Part shown: positions 26,061 through 32,000 of the stretch, in pieces
How the letters are laid out: every line of letters starts with the position of its first letter
How positions within the stretch are numbered: the stretch's first letter is position 1
NCBI RefSeq assembly: GCF_000010625.1
Contig: NC_010296.1
Span: forward strand, 2,760,001-2,792,000
DNA length: 32,000 bases
Direction: 5' to 3'
Origin: Microcystis aeruginosa NIES-843
GTDB taxonomy: Bacteria; Cyanobacteriota; Cyanobacteriia; Cyanobacteriales; Microcystaceae
The notes under the pieces: generated by a model
What the model saw: only the letters and a program-made list of their open reading frames with translations
What the model was told of the DNA's origin: nothing
Database searches by the model: none
Position numbers and translations under genes: made by a program

Positions 26061-28277
26061 TTAGGGAACCTGTTCCTCATTATCGACTTTGGGGGTTTGG
26101 TTTTGGGAAGATTGCTGAAGTTCTTGCCAGCGAGTTTCTGCCAGTTGTTTTTGTGTTTGCACTTCTCGGTCATTGGAACGATAACGAAGTGATTCTTGAT
26201 AAGCTTGAATCGCTCGCTCGTATTGACCGAGTTTAAAGCAACTATTGCCTAAACTTTTCCAGGTTTCGGGGTTATCTTTTTGTCTTTGAATCGCCTGTTG
26301 ATAGGCGATTATGGCTTGGGAATAGTCGCCTAAACGATACCAAGCGTTACCGATACCGATAAAAACTTCGGCTTTTTGGGAAGAAATGCGGCGAGCTTTT
26401 TCGTAGGATGCGATCGCTTCTTGAAATCTTTCCATTTGATGAAGTAATGCCCCTTGATTTAACCAAGCTTGATAATAATTAGAATTGGCTTTAGTTGCTT
26501 GAGTAAATGCCTCCAAAGCTTCTGACTTGCGACCTAATTTTTGCAGAATAATCCCTTGACTATAGTGAGCTTGGGAAAATTGGGGATTAAATTGTCCGGC
26601 TTTGCTATAACTTTCTAAAGCATCATTAATTTTATTTAATTGATACAAACTATTAGCTTTTTGATACCAAATTAAGGCATTATCCGATTCGAGCGCTAGA
26701 GCCTGATCATAGGCTTTAACTGCCCCTTCATAATCCTCAAGATTCTGTAATGACCAGCCTTTTTTGTACCATATTTTGGCATCATTTTGCTGAAAAGTTA
26801 ACAATTTTTCAAGAGCTTTTTGGGCGGCGGAATATTGTTGCAGTTCTAGATAGATATCGGCTTTACCTTGCCAAGCTTGACTAGCGGCAGGATTAAAAGA
26901 TAAGACCCGATCAAAACTTTCCAAAGCCTCCTGATTTTTGCCTAATTTATCTAAAGCTTGCCCGCGACCGAGCCAAGCTTGCCAAGCGGAATCTGGGTTA
27001 ATTTGAATAGCTTTTTCGTAGGTATTTAAAGCTTCCGAGTATCTTTTTAAAGCTAATAAAGCATCAGCTTTTCCTTGCAATGCCTCAAGATAATCGGGAT
27101 TAATTTTTAAGGCTTGACCATAGGAATTAAGGGCATCAGTATAGCGTTTGAGTTGATAAAAAGTCTGACCTTGTTGATAGTAATCAAGAGAATTACGAGA
27201 ATTTTGCCAATAATCAAAACCCAGATAAGCGCCCGCTATTAAGCCAATTGTCCCAGAGACAACCAGGATTTTTGTTAGCCAAGATTTCCCTGGACGAGCA
27301 ATCGGACCTTGAGGTTTCACCGACTGGGTAGTTTTCGGATCGAGATGATGAATTTTCTCTAATTTTCTCAGATCGATTAATGCTTCACTGACACTGGTAT
27401 AACGCTGACGAAAATCATAGCGGATCATGCGCTCGATAATATAACTAAACTCGGCGCTAGTCATGGCCAAATGTTGCCAGAGAATTTCCCCCGTGCGAGC
27501 ATCCAGTGGAATATCTTCGGGATCTTTACCGGTTAAAGCTTGTAATCCAATCATACCGGCGGCATAGATATCGCTACTAAAACGCGGATAACCTTGGGCC
27601 TGTTCACTGGGGAAATAACCAGGGGTACCAATAGCGATGGTAGAAACGGTTTTACCTTCTTTAACCACTTGAGTGCTAATTTGTTTGACAGCACCAAAAT
27701 CAATTAAAACCAATTGATGATCTTGGCTGCTACGAATAAGATTAAAGGGATTAACATCGCGATGGATCACCTGTTTGTGATGGACAAATTCGAGAATTGA
27801 GAGAATTTCTGTTAATAAAGCCACCACTTTCCCTTCATCTTGCCTATAGACACCGGCAGTAATTTCTCTGGCTAAATCTTCCCCTTCAATGTATTCTTGC
27901 ACGAGGAAAAATTGCCCATTTTCCTCAAAATAAGCAAATAAACAGGGAATATGGCGATGAATGCCCAATTCTTGCAGGATTTTCGCCTCGGTTTCAAAGA
28001 GTCGTCTAGCGATGGCTACAGTTTCGGCATCCTGGCACTGGGGTTTAAATTGTTTGATCACACAGCGATTTTGATTGGGTAACTGGCGATCGCAGGCCAA
28101 GAAAGTTTGTCCGAATCCCCCTTTTCCCAATTGACGGATAATTTGGTAGCGATGACTAAGGATTTTTCCGGCAGCGAGTTCCATAGACGATGGCAATCCG
28201 AGGTTTTTTACTATTCTAGGCTTTTCGGCTCTCTTTTGCGGTCGATGGACAAAATGCGGAAACTTTCCCCACTCCAC
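26061..28277 (-). CDS. Hanks-type Ser/Thr protein kinase, one TM helix, about 11 TPR repeats (738 aa)
   Basis: GKGGFGQTF, VIKQF, HRDVNPFN, DFG and GTPGYFPSEQ motifs, then a TM (ILVVSGTIGLIAGAYLGF), then repeated AxxxYxxAL TPR units. An alternative start is MELAAG at 28184. Confidence 0.9.
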   Translation of the reverse strand: MEWGKFPHFVHRPQKRAEKPRIVKNLGLPSSMELAAGKILSHRYQIIRQLGKGGFGQTFLACDRQLPNQNRCVIKQFKPQCQDAETVAIARRLFETEAKILQELGIHRHIPCLFAYFEENGQFFLVQEYIEGEDLAREITAGVYRQDEGKVVALLTEILSILEFVHHKQVIHRDVNPFNLIRSSQDHQLVLIDFGAVKQISTQVVKEGKTVSTIAIGTPGYFPSEQAQGYPRFSSDIYAAGMIGLQALTGKDPEDIPLDARTGEILWQHLAMTSAEFSYIIERMIRYDFRQRYTSVSEALIDLRKLEKIHHLDPKTTQSVKPQGPIARPGKSWLTKILVVSGTIGLIAGAYLGFDYWQNSRNSLDYYQQGQTFYQLKRYTDALNSYGQALKINPDYLEALQGKADALLALKRYSEALNTYEKAIQINPDSAWQAWLGRGQALDKLGKNQEALESFDRVLSFNPAASQAWQGKADIYLELQQYSAAQKALEKLLTFQQNDAKIWYKKGWSLQNLEDYEGAVKAYDQALALESDNALIWYQKANSLYQLNKINDALESYSKAGQFNPQFSQAHYSQGIILQKLGRKSEALEAFTQATKANSNYYQAWLNQGALLHQMERFQEAIASYEKARRISSQKAEVFIGIGNAWYRLGDYSQAIIAYQQAIQRQKDNPETWKSLGNSCFKLGQYERAIQAYQESLRYRSNDREVQTQKQLAETRWQELQQSSQNQTPKVDNEEQVP

Positions 28278-28369
28278 TTTTTTCCCTATAGAGAGAGAAA
28301 AAATTCCCTGTTGAGGGGACTGACATGACAGACAGAAAAAAATAATCTAGAAACAGAGAAAGTTCACTG

Positions 28370-29062
28370 TTGTTTTTTGAGAGGATAACCGCTATGTCTA
28401 TGAATCCTGTTACTAGAGCCAGCACAGCTTTACTGATTACCCTGCTCATGGGGTCGATGTCCGGTACTTTTCCCGTCCTCGCTCAAAGTAATATTAATCG
28501 GCAACGTCTCATCGCTCAACAAATCTCGATTCCGGTGGGAACAGTTATCCCTTTGAATTACGAGAAAGCCGATAAAATTTTAGTTTCTAAAAGTGATGTT
28601 ATTCCTCTGACTTTAACCGTAGCCAGAGATATTCGTGACCGGAATGGGATTGTGGTGATTGCAGCGGGAAGTGAAGTCAAGGGTACTTTAGAAGCGGCGG
28701 GCCGAGGTGTGCGGTTTATTGCCGATGAAATTCGCCTCGATGGGGGTAATCGCACCATTCCCCTCAATGCCACTTCGCGATTAATTACTACCACTGAAAC
28801 CCTGCGTAAAGGGGCAAAAACTCAAGATATCTTAGGGGGAACCCTCGCCGGTGCGGGGGCAGCCACAGCGATCGCTGCTCTTACGGGCGATCGCAAGATC
28901 GAAGTTCTCGATGTCTTAGCGGGGGCAGCCGTGGGAACCCTTGCAGGATGGGGCTTACCGGCGGCGGGAATTGTCGGTGGTAGTTCCGTGCAGTTATACT
29001 CTGTTAACCCCGATCGAGATTTAAATATTACCCTGCAATCGCCCCTAGTGATCAGAGATTAG
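28370..29062 (+). CDS. Secreted/membrane hypothetical protein with a C-terminal glycine zipper; the likely start is 28394
   Basis: Signal-like N-terminus ending VLAQS, with GAGG 10 nt upstream of the ATG at 28394. The middle segment IPVGTVIPL...AAGSEVKG is faintly TrbI/VirB10-like. Also GGTLAGAGAATAIAALTG. Confidence 0.6.
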   Translation: MFFERITAMSMNPVTRASTALLITLLMGSMSGTFPVLAQSNINRQRLIAQQISIPVGTVIPLNYEKADKILVSKSDVIPLTLTVARDIRDRNGIVVIAAGSEVKGTLEAAGRGVRFIADEIRLDGGNRTIPLNATSRLITTTETLRKGAKTQDILGGTLAGAGAATAIAALTGDRKIEVLDVLAGAAVGTLAGWGLPAAGIVGGSSVQLYSVNPDRDLNITLQSPLVIRD

Positions 29063-29063
29063 T

Positions 29064-29280
29064 TAGGGTCTGCTGAAAAAGTTTTTCGTGGGGGCAGGGT
29101 GTGGGGTGTGGGGTGTGGGGTGTAGGGTTTTACCGATTTTGAGGTAGTCAGTTACCTAATTTTCAGGGAAAAAGTCCAGGAATTTTACCCCCGATCACTC
29201 CAATGGTAGGCACTTTTTGAGGGAAAAAAAGTCTAAAAGCCTTATCCAACAAGGTTTTTAGATTTATTCAGCCAGCCCTA
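29064..29280 (+). mobile_element. Heptamer-array MITE, copy 3 (body 29066-29278, TA at both ends)
   Basis: Homologous to copies 1 and 2. The core is (GGGTGTG)3 GGGTGTA. The left TA lies 1 nt after the stop at 29060-62. Confidence 0.75.
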
Positions 29281-29431
29281 GTAAACGGCAAACCATGACC
29301 AAATCCGTCTGCTGGCGGATTTGGTGTCAACCATCGATTTAAACGGAGCGATCGATTTGTTAGATTTTTAATAGTCCGTCTGTCAACCAATAGACAGAAA
29401 CAGTCAAAACATCAGAATCAGAGATCAAAGT

Positions 29432-30601
29432 ATGAAACTTCCTACAGGGTTACGGCGAACTATTACCCACGCTTTAGCAACTTTTCTGGGAGTTATGCTC
29501 GGTTTTAGCAGTTTAGCGGCGGTAAATGCTCAAAATCTGCCCACTGCTGCCGCCGATCTGGCCAGAATTCCCCCGGAGATGACGGCGGAAAGTTTTGTCG
29601 CTAAGGCAGTGGCGCGCACGGGTGCGGCAGTAGTGCGAATTGACACCGAAGCGATCATTACTCGTCCCAATAGCCCCTTTTTTGATGATCCTTTTTTTCA
29701 GGAGTTTTTTGGGGAACAGTTTCGTCTTCCCACCCAACAGCGAGTGGCTGGCCAGGGATCGGGTTTTATTATCGATGGCAGTGGTTTAATCTTAACTAAT
29801 GCCCATGTGGTCGATAATGCCGATAAGGTAACGGTAACTTTAAAAGATGGTCGTAGCTTCAAAGGAGAAGTACGCGGTACTGATGAGATCACTGATTTAG
29901 CCGTAGTGAAAATTAATCCCCAAGGGGAAAATTTACCTGTAGCCGTCCTCGGCAATTCCTCATCCATACAAGTGGGGGACTGGGCGATCGCAGTAGGCAA
30001 TCCCGTCGGTCTAGATAATACGGTAACTTTAGGAATTATTAGCACGATCGGGCGCTCGGCGGCTAAGGCTGGTATTCCCGATAAACGCATTGATTTTATC
30101 CAAACCGATGCCGCTATTAACCCGGGTAATTCCGGCGGTCCTTTACTCAACGCCCAAGGGGAAGTCATCGGCATCAATACGGCGATTCGTGCCGATGCCA
30201 TGGGCATCGGTTTTGCCATTCCCATCGACCGGGCCAAGCAGTTACAAGCAACCCTAGAATCAGGTCAAAAGGTAGCCCATCCCTATATTGGTGTACAGAT
30301 GGTTAATCTAACTCCCGATTTAGCCCGGGCTAATAATCAAAACCCCAATTCTGCCATGATCGTCCCGGAAGTGTCGGGAATTTTGGTGGTGAAAGTCCTA
30401 CCTAATACCCCCGCCGAAAAAGCCGGGATCCGTCGCGGGGATGTGATTGTCAAAGCTAATAATCAACCGGTTAGCGATGGCGCTGAGTTACAGGAAATGG
30501 TGGAAAAAACCGGGATCGGTCAATCTTTACCCCTAAGAATCAGAAGGGGGGAAAGGGCGATCGATCTCACCGTAATCACCGCCCAAATGTCAAATCAGTA
30601 A
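29432..30601 (+). CDS. HtrA/Deg-family serine protease paralogue (trypsin-like domain plus PDZ), 389 aa
   Basis: TNAHVV, ITDLAVV and GNSGGPLL motifs, a PDZ (GIRRGDVI) and an N-terminal signal peptide. Confidence 0.9.
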   Translation: MKLPTGLRRTITHALATFLGVMLGFSSLAAVNAQNLPTAAADLARIPPEMTAESFVAKAVARTGAAVVRIDTEAIITRPNSPFFDDPFFQEFFGEQFRLPTQQRVAGQGSGFIIDGSGLILTNAHVVDNADKVTVTLKDGRSFKGEVRGTDEITDLAVVKINPQGENLPVAVLGNSSSIQVGDWAIAVGNPVGLDNTVTLGIISTIGRSAAKAGIPDKRIDFIQTDAAINPGNSGGPLLNAQGEVIGINTAIRADAMGIGFAIPIDRAKQLQATLESGQKVAHPYIGVQMVNLTPDLARANNQNPNSAMIVPEVSGILVVKVLPNTPAEKAGIRRGDVIVKANNQPVSDGAELQEMVEKTGIGQSLPLRIRRGERAIDLTVITAQMSNQ

Positions 30602-30669
30602 TCGGCGGTCAGTGATCAGTTATCAGATGTGAGTTTTCATGCCTTGATTGAGCAGCGACGAAAATCTTT

Positions 30670-31533
30670 TCAGGACTCGTAGCGCCGATAAAGTCGCTGC
30701 AACTTGTCATAGAAACGCTTGCGGACTTTTTCCGGGGAGATCAGCAAGCAATCTTCTCCGTAGGGAAGAATCTCGCGGAAAAACCAGAAGCTACTCGTTA
30801 CCTGTCGGGTAATCTGCCGGACGAGGGGATCGTTCGAGATCAATTCGTTGGCGATATCGATAGCGCTTTTAGTCCGGTACGATCGAGCTAATCCATCGAA
30901 TAGCTTAAACTCGGCCGACACACTATCAAGCTGATTGCGCCATTTGCCCCTAGGGATCGGGGTAATTAAGGAATCGTTGGGGATTCGATCGATCCTTAAA
31001 CTCCAATTATGCTGTAGTTCGGAAATATCTTGATTTCCCTCGGTTTCCTCGCACCAACAATCGAGATATAAGCGATCCTCGTGACGATTGATAGCGGCAT
31101 GGTAAAGATGGAATTCCCAGATTCGATCGCCGGCATCCTGATAGGATAACTGAAACGGTTGTTGTCGGAGAATGCAGCGATCGAGTTCCAGTCGCCATGG
31201 TGGGGGAGGATTATCGAGGCGGCCTTCTAGCTCTTTCCGTAAGGGTCCCGGCAGTTCGCTCCGTTCTAATAGTAGTTTAGTTAGTTCTAGGGCGATGGGG
31301 ATTTGTCCGGCATCAATGAGAGAATCGATCGCCTGTTGGAGCATCTGCAAGCGATCGGGCTTCCAGTCGTGATTAGGGGCGATTTTAAGCTTATTACGGG
31401 CAATTTCTTTGATTAACTTCGATATATTCGGTTTATCTCCCCAAAATAGCCCGAATTCACTGGCAAGGATTTCTAGGGCCTGTTTTTCTTTTTCACTGAC
31501 CGATAAAGTGATCGATTGTCCTATCCGGCTCAT
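30670..31533 (-). CDS. RHH-like plus WYL-domain transcriptional regulator, CRISPR-Cas associated, 287 aa
   Basis: The N-terminus (ITLSVSEKEKQALEILASEFG) looks like a ribbon-helix-helix. The central region FQLSYQDAGDRIWEFHLYHAAINRHEDRLYLDCWCEE fits a WYL domain. The gene is divergent from a cas3'-like gene, as with sll7009/slr7010 on Synechocystis pSYSA. Confidence 0.65.
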   Translation of the reverse strand: MSRIGQSITLSVSEKEKQALEILASEFGLFWGDKPNISKLIKEIARNKLKIAPNHDWKPDRLQMLQQAIDSLIDAGQIPIALELTKLLLERSELPGPLRKELEGRLDNPPPPWRLELDRCILRQQPFQLSYQDAGDRIWEFHLYHAAINRHEDRLYLDCWCEETEGNQDISELQHNWSLRIDRIPNDSLITPIPRGKWRNQLDSVSAEFKLFDGLARSYRTKSAIDIANELISNDPLVRQITRQVTSSFWFFREILPYGEDCLLISPEKVRKRFYDKLQRLYRRYES

Positions 31534-31632
31534 AATTTATAAGTGTACGGACACTTTTTCTGTTAAGGTACTTGTCCATCCCTATTATCCTGGTTACTAT
31601 GGAAGATAGCAAGAAGTTACGGACATAAATTT

Positions 31633-32000
31633 GTGGGTAATTATCAAGTAACGCTCAAGCCGGTCTATTCCTGTCCCGCGGACGAGATCCCGGACGGGAT
31701 CAAGGTTCCGCAAGGATGGCGGTTATCGTGGCATCAGGTGGAGACGTGGAAAGCACTCAACGATCCCGATATCGATGTGATTTTCAATACGGCCATGACG
31801 GGGGACGGGAAAAGTCTAGCGGCCTACCTGCGAACTTTGCAAGGATATTTCCCGATTATGGGACTCTACCCAACCAACGAACTGGCGCGGGATCAGCGGG
31901 GTCAGATCGAGGCATATATTCAACGATTTCAACCAACGGATCAACCGCGGGTCAATCTTTTAACCGGGCCCGAGTTGGAATTGTACGCCGAACGGGATGG
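31633..32000 (+). CDS. cas3: 5' part of a type I-D-like Cas3' helicase gene (GTG start, continues beyond the window)
   Basis: The frame is open from 31567 to the window end. It encodes VGNYQVTLKPVYSCPADE...LSWHQVETWKAL...IFNTAMTGDGKSLAAYL, with SF2 helicase motif I. The N-terminal pattern recalls cyanobacterial-subtype Cas3. Confidence 0.65.
   Translation, partial: MGNYQVTLKPVYSCPADEIPDGIKVPQGWRLSWHQVETWKALNDPDIDVIFNTAMTGDGKSLAAYLRTLQGYFPIMGLYPTNELARDQRGQIEAYIQRFQPTDQPRVNLLTGPELELYAERD

Overview
The window looks like a cyanobacterial chromosome segment, probably Microcystis-like. That origin is an inference from more than 10 copies of the HIP1 palindrome GCGATCGC seen by eye, a very heavy IS/MITE load and GGGTGTG heptamer arrays.

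(1) Bases 1-10032 are a by-eye AT-richer accessory patch saturated with transposons.
- It holds four different IS elements: IS630-like, IS1634-like, IS5-like and IS1380/IS4-like.
- It holds at least four MITE families, including nested and gene-disrupting copies.
- It holds a DUF433/DUF5615 toxin-antitoxin-like pair, a second PIN-like pair at the left edge, and a PIN gene destroyed by two insertions.
- A small membrane-protein gene is present as two inverted copies that bracket about 4.8 kb.

(2) Bases 10190-30601 are mostly core genes.
- Recognised genes are ilvA, rsmH, a class I/II aminotransferase, ssrA (tmRNA, tag ANNIVPFARKAAPVAA), frr, pyrH and aroQ.
- Other genes are an unusual membrane/WD40/C-terminal J-domain protein, two HtrA/Deg proteases, a Rieske/PaO-type oxygenase and a Hanks kinase with TPR repeats.
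- These genes are interspersed with MITEs. One 213-221 bp family sits 0-1 nt from stop codons.

(3) Bases 30670-32000 are the start of what looks like a type I-D CRISPR-Cas locus. An RHH-WYL regulator lies divergent from a cas3' helicase gene that runs off the window.

I could not establish a clear new multi-gene system from sequence alone. The best candidates for follow-up are:
- the stop-codon-hugging, G-quadruplex-bearing MITE family;
- the identical TA-flanked 87-bp MITEs with in-window empty sites;
- the WD40-J protein architecture;
- the tight ssrA-aminotransferase junction;
- the CRISPR-Cas regulator region.

All family assignments are from motif recognition by eye. No database search was run.
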